A DNA stretch of 64,000 nt from Candidatus Hydrothermarchaeota archaeon. GTDB taxonomy: Archaea; CAYFZR01. Where the stretch lies: positions 1-64,000 of the forward strand of contig JBHIEG010000005.1 of NCBI GenBank assembly GCA_046760505.1, in the 5' to 3' direction. The position numbers and the translations under genes are program-made. Under the pieces are notes generated by a model. That model saw only the letters and a list, made by a program, of their open reading frames with translations, had not been told where the DNA came from and did no database searches. Positions 1-9,339 of the stretch are shown one piece after another (positions within the stretch are counted from its first letter, which is position 1; each line of letters begins with the position of its first letter).

Positions 1-132
1 AACAGTTGCTATGGGTATATCTAGTTCTTCACTTAACTGCAGGGCGGACTTTTCTTCTTTTACAGTAGCTGCTAATATCATTCTTGAATAATCGTCCGCC
101 AAGAATTTCAGTATTTCTATATCATTTTTCAT
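1..132 (-). CDS. ArsR-like winged-helix transcriptional regulator (N-terminal part; runs off window start)
   Basis: Manual translation MKNDIEILKFLADDYSRMILAATVKEEKSALQLSEELDIPIATV..., typical archaeal ArsR/HTH_20 N-terminus; not in ORF track. Alternative in-frame ATG at 153. Confidence 0.75.
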   Translation of the reverse strand, partial: MKNDIEILKFLADDYSRMILAATVKEEKSALQLSEELDIPIATV

Positions 133-133
133 T

Positions 134-385
134 TTAACCCTTTTTGACGGCATATATCAATACTACAAAGGGCTAAAATTTCGAAGACTTCTGAGATTAT
201 TCTGGTCAAATCATAATCATGGTACACCCTGAAAAAAAGATCCTCTATCAGCGTATCTCCAATCCAATCGCCAGCAAAATCATTGGAACGTATCTTGTTC
301 TTCTGTATCCTCTGAGTGCTAAAAATACCAAAATGAATCCGAGGAACAAATGTACAATCTCTAAGGCTAGCAGCTGATATGACAC
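134..385 (-). pseudogene. Frameshifted small 3-TM membrane protein gene (type that accompanies archaeal ArsR-like regulators)
   Basis: GTG at 385 gives MSYQLLALEIVHLFLGFILVFLALRGYRRTRYVPMILLAIG then a premature TGA (248-250). The protein continues in other frames as IGDTLIEDLFFRVYHDYDLTRIISEVFEILA / FVVLIYAVKKG* ending 1 nt before the regulator ATG. Confidence 0.55.
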
Positions 386-545
386 GTATAATTACCTTCG
401 CATCTTCTCTTATTTATAATTGTACAGGGGACATGAAAAGTTGCAAAGACGTTATCACTCGTGAGAATGGTCGATAATTATATTTATTTCAACTTCTATA
501 CAACTAAGAGCATTGGGGAGGAGTATCAGGGCGAGGTGAGAGGAT

Positions 546-950
546 TTGAAAAGAAACAAAATCCTTGGAATAATTTTGGTGAGTATACTTCTAGCGACCC
601 TTGTAGTGCCTGTTTGATCGTGGACGGTTACCGAAACAAAGACGAAATCTCTCCCTGTCATAGGCGATGTAGCGTTTACTTCATCCATCAGCGCTACGGA
701 TGGCGAAATCATTACTATTACCATCTGGCCGGTAGATCCATCAGTCACGATTACCGATGTGGTATTAGTCAGAGCCACCCCCAAACCGAATGAGTCCAAT
801 GCATACATAGATGGAATAAATATTGCTCCAAATGGAAAAAGTGCAACTCTAAATGTCCATAATGCCGGAAAGAAGACCCTTCACCTGTGACTCTACCTTA
901 ATACAGGAGAGCACGTGGGAGTCAACGTCCACTTCGGCTTAATTCCATAA
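546..950 (+). pseudogene. Secreted beta-rich protein ORF interrupted by two in-frame TGA codons
   Basis: RBS GAGGTGA upstream of TTG 546; signal peptide MKRNKILGIILVSILLATLVVPV; in-frame TGA at 615-617 and 888-890; frame ends at TAA 948-950, followed by a terminator-like hairpin. Confidence 0.6.
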
Positions 951-975
951 GTTGCCTCTATCAACAAAAAATGTC

Positions 976-1010
976 AAAAAAAATGCACCTTTTGGGTGCA
1001 TGTCTTTTTT
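976..1010. terminator. Putative bidirectional terminator hairpin
   Basis: ATGCACC-TTTTG-GGTGCAT (983-1001) flanked by an A-run and a T-run, between convergent ORFs. Confidence 0.5.
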
Positions 1011-1044
1011 AAAAAGTAGTTCGATGTAAAATTAAAAAGTTGAA

Positions 1045-1344
1045 TTATTTCTCATCACTTTTTTCCTTTTTCATTAACTCCAAAATCTGTCCGAGGTTTT
1101 CTGCTATCCTTTCGTTTGAAGAAACCATTCTCATACAACATTCCCAAGGCTTGAAATCTTCTGGACATTCTTCAATCATCTTGGAAATTTTTTTCATAAT
1201 TTTCTGCATCGATTCCATCATCTCATTTTTTTCTCCTAATAAACTCTCAATCATCTTTGGTATAGTTTCTTTCATCATCTCCTTCTTATCTTCAGCCGTC
1301 ATATCAGCAAAGAATTTCTCCATCATTTTTTCCATCAAATTCAT
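1045..1344 (-). CDS. Small methionine-rich helical protein
   Basis: 99 aa, 16 Met, C-x8-CC motif; RBS GAGGTGGTGA upstream. Confidence 0.75.
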   Translation of the reverse strand: MNLMEKMMEKFFADMTAEDKKEMMKETIPKMIESLLGEKNEMMESMQKIMKKISKMIEECPEDFKPWECCMRMVSSNERIAENLGQILELMKKEKSDEK

Positions 1345-1430
1345 TTCACCACCTCTTCAAAACATTTTTTACTGGTGAACAAATACGATAATATAAAAAC
1401 AAAGATTAATGTTCTCCTTAAGGTGAGAGC

Positions 1431-2210
1431 TTGCGGGAAATTTATGTGCATCTCCCTCTTTTAGAGCCTTTAGAGGCTCTTAATCAATTAAAGGATACAG
1501 ATTTTGGCATAGTCCTTAATTTTGATTCCAGATACCTAGATTATCCTAAAAAGAAAATGACTGAGGTAAAGAAACTCACATCAGATGTGGATAACCTTTC
1601 GATTCATGGGCCCTTCATGGATTTAAACGCTGGGAGCATTGATGAAAGGGTAAGAAATCTTACCATGTACAGATACAACCAAGCACTGAACTTGTGCGAA
1701 TTTCTCGGTGCCAAAACAGTTATATTTCACACAGGCTATAGTCCCTTTTCCTATGATTTTATAGTGGATTTATGGATAGAAAATAGCATTGAGGCATGGA
1801 ATGAAATAGCAAAAGAAGCAAGCAAGATTGATATAAATATACATCTGGAGAATTCTTACGAAGACAAACCAGAGGTTATTTCACAACTCTTGGAGAAGAT
1901 CAATGCAAAAAACATATCTTTCTGCTTTGATGTTGGTCATGCCAACGTATATTCTGAAGAGAATTTAGATAACTGGATGTACTCTCTGAGAGATTACATA
2001 AAAGAAGTTCATCTACACGATAACGATGGTAAACAGGATTTGCATAAACCCCTTGGGGAGGGAAACATAGATTTCTCCTTCTTAACTAAATTTAAAGATA
2101 TTAAGCCAAGATTGACTCTTGAGATGATGACCTTGGAAGATGTTTCAAAAAGCGTAAAATTTCTGGAGGATCAAAATGGAAGAGTACGAAAAAATTGGCA
2201 AACTATCTGA
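1431..2210 (+). CDS. Sugar phosphate isomerase/epimerase, AP endonuclease family 2 TIM barrel
   Basis: HGPFMDLN, FHTG, LEN, CFDVGH, HLHDNDG..DLH..G.G.IDF and LE metal-binding motifs. Confidence 0.85.
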   Translation: MREIYVHLPLLEPLEALNQLKDTDFGIVLNFDSRYLDYPKKKMTEVKKLTSDVDNLSIHGPFMDLNAGSIDERVRNLTMYRYNQALNLCEFLGAKTVIFHTGYSPFSYDFIVDLWIENSIEAWNEIAKEASKIDINIHLENSYEDKPEVISQLLEKINAKNISFCFDVGHANVYSEENLDNWMYSLRDYIKEVHLHDNDGKQDLHKPLGEGNIDFSFLTKFKDIKPRLTLEMMTLEDVSKSVKFLEDQNGRVRKNWQTI

Positions 2211-2988
2211 AGAAATAGTAAAAGAAATCGTTGAAGGTCTAAGAAGAGAGTTGGATGATAAGTTAATATCTGTTTTTCTGATGGGAAGCGCTGCCGCAGG
2301 CAAGGTTAACCCCCTGCTTCAAGACTTAGACTTCATCATAGTTGTTCGCAGCGATATAAAGGTGAACGAACTGAAAAAAGTAGCAGAAATAGCTGAGAGA
2401 GTCTCTTCTAAATACAGGAGCGAAGATCTTGCGGTAAACTGGTATACAAAAGATGGCCCATGGAAACCAAAAATACAGGCCAAGAATAACATAGGAATTC
2501 ATCTTAACCTGCAAAATCCTTTACAGATTTATAGAAGAGCGGCTCACCAAACTAATCTCGCACACACCATGTTCCTCAAAAGCAAACTCCTGTATGGAAC
2601 CCCTCCGACTGAAATTTGGAATATTTCCCGAATAACTCCTAAAATCATGATGGAAAATCAGTATGCGGTTCCTTGGCTAAAAAAATTAATAATAAATACG
2701 CTATTCTCTTTCGGTTTTGAAGCCCCAGATGAATTCTTGTTTGAAATTTTGCAGTACTCTGTATTATCAGCTTCACTGAGTTATCTAATGATCCAAGGCT
2801 TAATACCTGAGGATCGAGAAGAAACAGCAGAAAAGTTCAATGAAATTTATAGAGGGAAGTATGCTTCTTTTCCTAAAGAAATATACGAAAAAAAAGATAA
2901 AATGGAATACAAAGTCTCAAAAGAGACTTTTGATAAGGCTTTAGAATTCTTGGATGAATTAATGAAAGAGGTTGGAAAATATGCCTGA
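2176..2988 (+). CDS. Pol-beta-superfamily nucleotidyltransferase with C-terminal helical (HEPN-like) domain
   Basis: hGS motif (LMGSAAAG) followed by DLD; helical C-terminal half. Confidence 0.7.
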   Translation: MEEYEKIGKLSEEIVKEIVEGLRRELDDKLISVFLMGSAAAGKVNPLLQDLDFIIVVRSDIKVNELKKVAEIAERVSSKYRSEDLAVNWYTKDGPWKPKIQAKNNIGIHLNLQNPLQIYRRAAHQTNLAHTMFLKSKLLYGTPPTEIWNISRITPKIMMENQYAVPWLKKLIINTLFSFGFEAPDEFLFEILQYSVLSASLSYLMIQGLIPEDREETAEKFNEIYRGKYASFPKEIYEKKDKMEYKVSKETFDKALEFLDELMKEVGKYA

Positions 2989-3694
2989 AAACGCTCTTGA
3001 AGATATAATCAAACAAAAAGAAGTAAAAACAATAGTAATGAGAGATGATAGTTCTTTCTTTAAATCTCTTGGCCTTCATGAGACCTTTATTTTATTTATT
3101 ATACTAAAAGACGGAATTTTATCCAAAGACATTTTGAAACTCAGAGAAATATTTGACAGAAAATCTTTTCCCTACATAGACTACGTTAGAACGCAGGTAA
3201 ATCATATACTAAGTGAAAGAAAAGAGCCCATTTACATTTCAGTCGTTTTAACAGAAAATATATTCGATGTATTTTGTAATTCCCCAGAATACACCATTTT
3301 GATGAACAGGGATTTTTTAAGGGGAGAATTTTATAAAAGGAGGGATAATAAAACGTATAGAATAAGAAGAGTTTTACCCTACGATGTGGCAATGAGTACC
3401 GAAGAGGGCTTGGTAACGTTTCATCAAATATTTTTAGAATTTCTCGTAAACGAAAAAATAGAAAGCGAAAAGGTAATCGACTACTTAACCCTAGCCATGA
3501 TGAGAAACATGCTTCTAGTTTATAATGTGTACGAGGACGATAAAGAGGCTATAACTGAAGAGTACAAGAACTATTTCCCTAAATCATTTAAACTCGCAAG
3601 AGAAATATTAGAAGGTGATGAAAAATCTCAGAAACTTTTAGATTTCCCTAAAGTAGCCATCAAAGAACTATGGATCCCCATGGATCTCCTATGA
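2981..3694 (+). CDS. Hypothetical protein, probable degenerate paralog of the upstream nucleotidyltransferase
   Basis: Overlaps upstream stop; C-terminal RNMLLVYNVYEDDKEAITEEYKNYF resembles LSYLMIQGLIPEDREETAEKFNEIY of the upstream gene; no GS/DxD motif. Confidence 0.6.
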   Translation: MPENALEDIIKQKEVKTIVMRDDSSFFKSLGLHETFILFIILKDGILSKDILKLREIFDRKSFPYIDYVRTQVNHILSERKEPIYISVVLTENIFDVFCNSPEYTILMNRDFLRGEFYKRRDNKTYRIRRVLPYDVAMSTEEGLVTFHQIFLEFLVNEKIESEKVIDYLTLAMMRNMLLVYNVYEDDKEAITEEYKNYFPKSFKLAREILEGDEKSQKLLDFPKVAIKELWIPMDLL

Positions 3695-3700
3695 TTTTTT

Positions 3701-4612
3701 TTAAAATCCGCCCAGTATAAATCCAAGGCTTAAGAGGAGACCTCCTGTGAAGTGAAGCATATGAGTCATGTGGATTGATTTTACGAATTCTTCTTCGTTC
3801 TCGATATTGTCACTGGCGTTTCTCAATGCTTTATAAGCAAGAGGCAAGGTGAGCAAAAAAAGTAATGAAGGAAAAGGTTCTTGTTTTAACAGATAGTAAA
3901 GAGGTACAAGGAAAAAAGGAATCAGAATCATGGCATAGTATATCTTTAATGCTTTATTCCTTCCCAATTTAACTATTGGAGTGATTTTTCCGGCTTTTCT
4001 ATCGACTTCCTCGTGAATGAAATGATGGACGTATAGAATTGCAACAACCAAAAAACCTATGGGTATAGAGAGGAGAAAAGGAGCTAATGAGAGGGTATTG
4101 GTTTGAATGTAGTATGCTCCTAATACAGATAAAGGTCCGAAAGCCAAGAAAACAAAAGGTTCTCCTGCTGTGCGATAACTAAGTTTAATTGGCGGTGCAG
4201 TATAAAAAAATCCTGCTAAAACGCCTATCAAACCAAAGAGAATTATTGTGTGTCCCTCACTTACATAATCTAGGAAAAGACCTATTGTACTCCCCAAGGC
4301 AAAAAATGCCAGAGAAGCATAAAAGATAGAATCAGGTTTGGTTTCGAAACTTGAGAGTATTTTATCATCGATTCTGTGGGATATGCTTTGAGTTTCTCTA
4401 TCAACTCCGCTCAGATAATCGAAGTAATCATTGGCGAGATTTGCCCCTAACTGCAGCGATATCAAACCCATTAAAGTTAGAAAAAAGAGAGTTAAGGAAA
4501 TATCGCCGGTATGGTACCAAGCAATGGAAGCGCCTAAAATCACAGGTACTACCGAAGCAGATAAAGAGCCTCCTCGAATGCCCTTGATTGTTATTCTTAA
4601 CATAATATTCAC
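3701..4612 (-). CDS. menA: 1,4-dihydroxy-2-naphthoate prenyltransferase (MenA/UbiA family)
   Basis: NLANDYFDYLSGVD, FYTAPPIKLSYR..GE and D.KAGK.T..V.LG motifs; multi-TM. Confidence 0.8.
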   Translation of the reverse strand: MNIMLRITIKGIRGGSLSASVVPVILGASIAWYHTGDISLTLFFLTLMGLISLQLGANLANDYFDYLSGVDRETQSISHRIDDKILSSFETKPDSIFYASLAFFALGSTIGLFLDYVSEGHTIILFGLIGVLAGFFYTAPPIKLSYRTAGEPFVFLAFGPLSVLGAYYIQTNTLSLAPFLLSIPIGFLVVAILYVHHFIHEEVDRKAGKITPIVKLGRNKALKIYYAMILIPFFLVPLYYLLKQEPFPSLLFLLTLPLAYKALRNASDNIENEEEFVKSIHMTHMLHFTGGLLLSLGFILGGF

Positions 4613-4625
4613 CGGTTTATTCAGA

Positions 4626-5399
4626 CTAAAGATCTATGGGCGCGTTCCATAATTTTTTAAGAGCCTCCTTTTCCATAAAATGAAGATCTCCTGGAATTAT
4701 AATGCTATGGGGCTTCTTTCCAACATCACATCCTTTAAGATTTGGGATAAAATCTATGGTTATCTTAGGATTCAGAGAGCCTACCTCTGCCAAGACTATT
4801 CCCAAGGTATCTTCTTTTATCAATCCTTCTTTTACTTGTTCCTCCATTTTTATCAGTAAATCGATAGCTTCTTTAGCGTGCATCATCCTATTATCCTTTA
4901 TATCCAAAAGGACCAGTGTATGCAGACCTCTATCCTTGTTTTCTTTTATCGTATAGTAGGGACTCTTTGGAAAGTATTTTTCCTCAGGAAAGACCAAGGT
5001 AGTAGATCTGCCAAATTTGTAGTGCTGCAATCCGACAATACTTGGAGCAGCAGAGTATATTGAAGGCGCATGAATTATGCGGGTTTCTATATCCATCTCT
5101 TTGGCTCTCAGGCGGAGCCAAGAATGTGTGGTTGCGATGAGAGGATCTCCAGGTATAAAAATGGCGATTTTATTTTCTTTTGCCCTGTTTAAGATTTTTT
5201 CTCCCTCTTCCTCTAAATCTCTTCTGGATAATAAAATGATCTCTTTATCTATTAGGGAAGACAAAGATTTAATATCTAAAGAGGGCAAAAAACTAGTGTA
5301 CAATTCGCAGTAGACCTTATCGCATTCCTTAGCGTATTTAATGCCTTTTAAGGTAATATCGCTCTCATCGTATAAACCGAGGCCTATGAGGTAAAGCAT
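4626..5399 (-). CDS. dph5: Diphthine synthase
   Basis: MLYLIGLGL, E.YTS, GDPLIATTH, GLQHYKFG, GLHTLVLLDI. Confidence 0.95.
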   Translation of the reverse strand: MLYLIGLGLYDESDITLKGIKYAKECDKVYCELYTSFLPSLDIKSLSSLIDKEIILLSRRDLEEEGEKILNRAKENKIAIFIPGDPLIATTHSWLRLRAKEMDIETRIIHAPSIYSAAPSIVGLQHYKFGRSTTLVFPEEKYFPKSPYYTIKENKDRGLHTLVLLDIKDNRMMHAKEAIDLLIKMEEQVKEGLIKEDTLGIVLAEVGSLNPKITIDFIPNLKGCDVGKKPHSIIIPGDLHFMEKEALKKLWNAPIDL

Positions 5400-5415
5400 A
5401 ATACCACGTGATAAA

Positions 5416-6414
5416 ATGAAAGGTTTAAAGGTAAATAAAGTTAGGGCTGAGTCCGTGAGAAAAATCCTAAGAGAAAGAATGCTTTTGGATGAAGATTATA
5501 AGATAACTTCTCAGGGAGAATACGTTTATTTCCCCTTGAAGACTTTTGAGAAAAATTTGAGTAAAATAGGAGAAATAATCGACTTCCAATTTGCTCCGAT
5601 AAAAAAGAAACGATCCTTCAGAGAAAGGTTGAAGGAATTGGGAATCAAAGATTTTAGATCATTTGATGTCATAGGAGACATAGCAATCCTCCAGATACCT
5701 GAAAAGTATAGGCCTCTGAAGAAAGAAATAGCAAAGATCTTGCTTGAAACAAATAAAAATATAAAGAGCGTGTTTGAAAAAAGAGGAAAGGTAGAGGAAG
5801 AATATCGCTTGGCTCCCCTGAGTTTTTTGGCTGGGTCAAAAAATACCATTACAGTACATAGAGAACATGGATGTTTTTTTGAATTAGATGTACAAAAAGT
5901 TTATTTTAGCCCCAGACTCTCCTATGAAAGGCTTAGAGTTGCGAAAAAAGTCAAAGAAGAGTTTGTTCTGGATATGTTCGCAGGCGTAGGACCTTTCTCA
6001 ATTGTCATTGCTAAACACTCCAAGGCAAGGAAAGTATATGCTGTAGACAAAAACCCGGAAGCATTTGGTTATTTAAAGAGAAATATAGAATTGAATAAGG
6101 TAAATAACGTTATTCCTATATTGGATGACGCCAAGAATATAAGAATAAAGTGTGACCGCATCATAATGAATCTTCCTCATTCTTCTCACGAATATCTAAT
6201 TTATGCTCTGAGAAATTTAAAAAGAGGAGGAGTTGTACATTATTACTTTACCTCTCAAGGAGAAGACATGTTTGAAAAAGGTACCGAAGAGTTCAATAAA
6301 CACTGCAAAGAATTCGAAGTGTTAGAAGAGAGAATAGTCAGATCTTATGCGCCCCGCAAGTATCATTGTGTATTGGATGTCCGCGTAGAAGATGTTGGAG
6401 ACAATTCCATATGA
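5416..6414 (+). CDS. trm5: tRNA (guanine37-N1)-methyltransferase, Trm5/TYW2 family
   Basis: [31 protein letters not shown]; N-terminal D1 domain present. Confidence 0.85.
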   Translation: MKGLKVNKVRAESVRKILRERMLLDEDYKITSQGEYVYFPLKTFEKNLSKIGEIIDFQFAPIKKKRSFRERLKELGIKDFRSFDVIGDIAILQIPEKYRPLKKEIAKILLETNKNIKSVFEKRGKVEEEYRLAPLSFLAGSKNTITVHREHGCFFELDVQKVYFSPRLSYERLRVAKKVKEEFVLDMFAGVGPFSIVIAKHSKARKVYAVDKNPEAFGYLKRNIELNKVNNVIPILDDAKNIRIKCDRIIMNLPHSSHEYLIYALRNLKRGGVVHYYFTSQGEDMFEKGTEEFNKHCKEFEVLEERIVRSYAPRKYHCVLDVRVEDVGDNSI

Positions 6415-7838
6415 GTACCTTGGATGCAATAAAAAATAACAGAGAAATAATAATTATTTTATTGATTGGCGCACTTTTCAGAGTTATTGATTTAAATAGA
6501 CCATTTTACGGCATTCAAATGTGGCCCGAGGCACACTACAGCATGAAAGCGGAGAATTTCTTTAAGTACGGTCTTTTTAAACAATACGCTGAGTTTGGGC
6601 TAGATTATACCACCCCTCCATTAATACCTTGGTTCATCTTCTTGTCTTTCAAGGTATTTGGGATCCATGAGTGGGCAGCAAGACTTCCAATGTTCATCTT
6701 TGGGATGCTCTCTTTAATCATGCTATTTTTGATTACAAAAAAAATCTACACGAGAGACATTGCTCTTTTTGCCGTATTTATAGCCGCAACATCTCCAGGA
6801 ATAGTTTACTTCTCCAGAAATATTCAACTTGAATCGCCCATGACATTTTTTTCGCTATCATCCATGCTGTTTCTGATGAAATACAAAGAAAATTTCGATC
6901 TAAAGTGGTATTCTTTTTCATTGCTATCCTTTTCGCTTGCTATTCTCAGCAAGTATGTGGCCTTACTAGTTCTTCCAGCCTTGCTCGCGATTTGGCTTTT
7001 TTATGGTAAAAGAGAAGAGAAAAGTAGTAAAATTTTATCCTATATTTTCTTGGCTTTTATGCCTTCTTTACTCTGGATTTTATGGGGATTTTTCATCACG
7101 GAAGGGGGTACCCTGTGGTACTTCATGAGACCACATTTATTTTCAATAAAGCATATTTTTGAGGCTTTTTACTATACATTCACATATCTATTGCCTTGGC
7201 AACTTGGAATGTGGTTCCCTTTAGTGATAATCTCTCTTTTTAAACTTAAAAATATAAAAGAGCACATTATTCTCTTTTCTTACATTGTACCTTGGTTTTT
7301 TTTGATATTTCCCTATCCGAAGTTGTTTGTAATGGTAATAACCGGCTCTCCATGTGGATACTATGACTACCCTGCTTTATATGGGCTCTCAATTCTAGGT
7401 GCATCAGTGCTTTTAAACTTTGACTACAAAAGGTACTTGGAAATTTTTCTCCTAGCACTCATACTTTTAACTGTTATGCAAGGACTCGCTTACTACATTG
7501 GATACCACAAGGTAGTTTTGAACCTAGAAGAGTATAATGAAACCGAGCCTTATTATTCTGCTAAATACGTGAGAAAGATTAATGTTGAAAAGAAGCCAGT
7601 TCTGGTAGATTGTCCACCAATTATGTTCTATGCTGGAGGGGATCCTTCTTATATAAAGTGCGCGCTCGATGAAGAATTTGCAACTTCCGATAGAAATGTG
7701 CTTATAGAAGAAATTGAAAGTGAAAGATACGAGTATGTGGTTACATACTGGTACGATTACGGTATCGATAAAGTTTTAAAGGAGCATAACTACCAGCAGA
7801 TAGCGCCGAGGGCATGGAAAAAGTCGATTAATTCTTAA
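6411..7838 (+). CDS. GT-C membrane glycosyltransferase (family 39/ArnT/PMT-like)
   Basis: EAHY, TPPL, FG..EWAARLP, A.LSKY motifs; many TM helices; ATGA overlap with trm5. Confidence 0.8.
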   Translation: MSTLDAIKNNREIIIILLIGALFRVIDLNRPFYGIQMWPEAHYSMKAENFFKYGLFKQYAEFGLDYTTPPLIPWFIFLSFKVFGIHEWAARLPMFIFGMLSLIMLFLITKKIYTRDIALFAVFIAATSPGIVYFSRNIQLESPMTFFSLSSMLFLMKYKENFDLKWYSFSLLSFSLAILSKYVALLVLPALLAIWLFYGKREEKSSKILSYIFLAFMPSLLWILWGFFITEGGTLWYFMRPHLFSIKHIFEAFYYTFTYLLPWQLGMWFPLVIISLFKLKNIKEHIILFSYIVPWFFLIFPYPKLFVMVITGSPCGYYDYPALYGLSILGASVLLNFDYKRYLEIFLLALILLTVMQGLAYYIGYHKVVLNLEEYNETEPYYSAKYVRKINVEKKPVLVDCPPIMFYAGGDPSYIKCALDEEFATSDRNVLIEEIESERYEYVVTYWYDYGIDKVLKEHNYQQIAPRAWKKSINS

Positions 7839-9298
7839 AGAACCCTATATAACTCAAATCTGTAACCGTAACCTTTTTTCTCCGCAATTAGTTCAAAATA
7901 TTTTGTTTTATTGTGTTCGACAAATGGAAATTGCCTGTAGTCGTTGGATAAAAGCAAGTAGGTTATGTCGTTTTCTCTCAAGATATTTCTTGCATCTCTA
8001 ACCGATAGTCCGGGAGTCATCAACTTTTCATGGACCTTAATATTTTCTTGCCATTTTTTTGTATCCGTAAGATCGCTTAAGAATGTGTTGGCATCTGTGT
8101 AATAGACGATTACATGACCTATATCCCAATCGTTTGATAAAATTGTATCATTGGGCGAGAAACTTGTGCTTGATAGTATCTCTCTAATTAAATTTGCTTC
8201 CTTGTTTAAGGGCTTAAAATGATCATGTAGGATTCCGTTTATAGCAAATGGATTTAAAATTATGACTGAAATGGAAAAAATAACAAAAAGACGCATTTTT
8301 GAATCCTCTTGCTTGAGTAAATCAAATAATGCGATGGAAATCGCTAAACAGAAACTGAAGATGAAAAAAATTGTTATCTTCATCATGAAAAACAAGGAGA
8401 TAATTCCTATTAAAACGAAGTAAGTAAATAGATAATTTTTCAGTTGATACATTTTAAATACACCATAAACCAAAAAGGGAAAGCAAAAAAGCAGATAAAA
8501 TGTAAAAAGAGTAAAAAATATTGAGTAAAAACTTTTAAAATAGAATAATGAAGCGTATTCAATCGTGTATCCAGAGTGAGGATGCAAATACCCTATGAAT
8601 TTGAAAAAATAAAGCAGGTAAATCAAAAAAGAAAAAACTAGCACCAAAGAAATCTCTTTGAAATTATTTCTGGTTATTAGGGCAAATATGAATAAAATAA
8701 ACAGGAAAAAAAGTGCAAACGAATGTGTAAACAAAAATGAGGTGGCAATCATAAAAAAAAGGATGAAATTCGATGGAGAATTTTCTGAGAGGTTAACATA
8801 AGAAAAAGTCAAGAGAATAAGGAGAAGAATAGTTAATCCGGTGGGTCGCGCGAATAAGCCCGTTCTATACACTAAAGCTGGATTTACCGCAAAGAGAAAG
8901 GCGGATAAAAGTGCTATTTGCTGATTAAATAATCTCTTGCATAATACATACAAGGTGAGAATGCTTAGGTCCGCGCAGTAGACGGTTAAGAGACTGCCGA
9001 TTTTTAAGAAGTTTAGATTGATGAAGAACTTCGATATCACATTCAAGATATGATAAAAGGGAGGATAGTAGTAAGGTATACCCCCCAGTTCTCTACTATC
9101 CCAGTCAGGAATTTTACCCTCACTAAAAATATTTTCGCTTATTCTGGCATGATAAAAAGGATCTGAATCTATGAAGCCCAGCTCAAAATTATAGATCCAG
9201 AATCTTAATAGAGTAGCGATAAATAAAATAAAAAGTAGGGGTAAAATAGGATTTGGATTGGCCAGTACCTTTCTATCCATAATTTTAAGGTTCTGCAA
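7835..9298 (-). CDS. Compact STT3/AglB-like GT-C glycosyltransferase
   Basis: DSDPFYHAR, YYYPP, TIE and NDWDIGH (variant of WWDYGH) motifs; multi-TM domain plus short C-terminal soluble domain; probable start ATG 9280. Confidence 0.65.
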   Translation of the reverse strand: MQNLKIMDRKVLANPNPILPLLFILFIATLLRFWIYNFELGFIDSDPFYHARISENIFSEGKIPDWDSRELGGIPYYYPPFYHILNVISKFFINLNFLKIGSLLTVYCADLSILTLYVLCKRLFNQQIALLSAFLFAVNPALVYRTGLFARPTGLTILLLILLTFSYVNLSENSPSNFILFFMIATSFLFTHSFALFFLFILFIFALITRNNFKEISLVLVFSFLIYLLYFFKFIGYLHPHSGYTIEYASLFYFKSFYSIFFTLFTFYLLFCFPFLVYGVFKMYQLKNYLFTYFVLIGIISLFFMMKITIFFIFSFCLAISIALFDLLKQEDSKMRLFVIFSISVIILNPFAINGILHDHFKPLNKEANLIREILSSTSFSPNDTILSNDWDIGHVIVYYTDANTFLSDLTDTKKWQENIKVHEKLMTPGLSVRDARNILRENDITYLLLSNDYRQFPFVEHNKTKYFELIAEKKGYGYRFELYRVL

Positions 9299-9339
9299 AG
9301 TATATAAAATAGTTTGGATAAAACGGTTTGGACGTTAGA

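Noticed and set aside
455-808. Track ORFs 455..808 (-) and 461..793 (+)
   Set aside because: Both look like shadows of the TGA-interrupted frame 546-950, which has the RBS and signal peptide.
983-1001. Hairpin as SECIS element for the two-TGA ORF
   Set aside because: Lacks the GAA/A internal loop of archaeal SECIS; A/T-run flanks fit a terminator; TGA contexts are not redox-motif-like.
1040-1378. 112-aa + strand ORF
   Set aside because: Ser/Ile/Phe-rich antisense shadow of the Met-rich gene.
2176-3694. MNT-HEPN toxin-antitoxin or CBASS-type defence call
   Set aside because: No RxxxxH motif, sizes atypical and no recognisable effector; kept only as an unexplained NTase pair.
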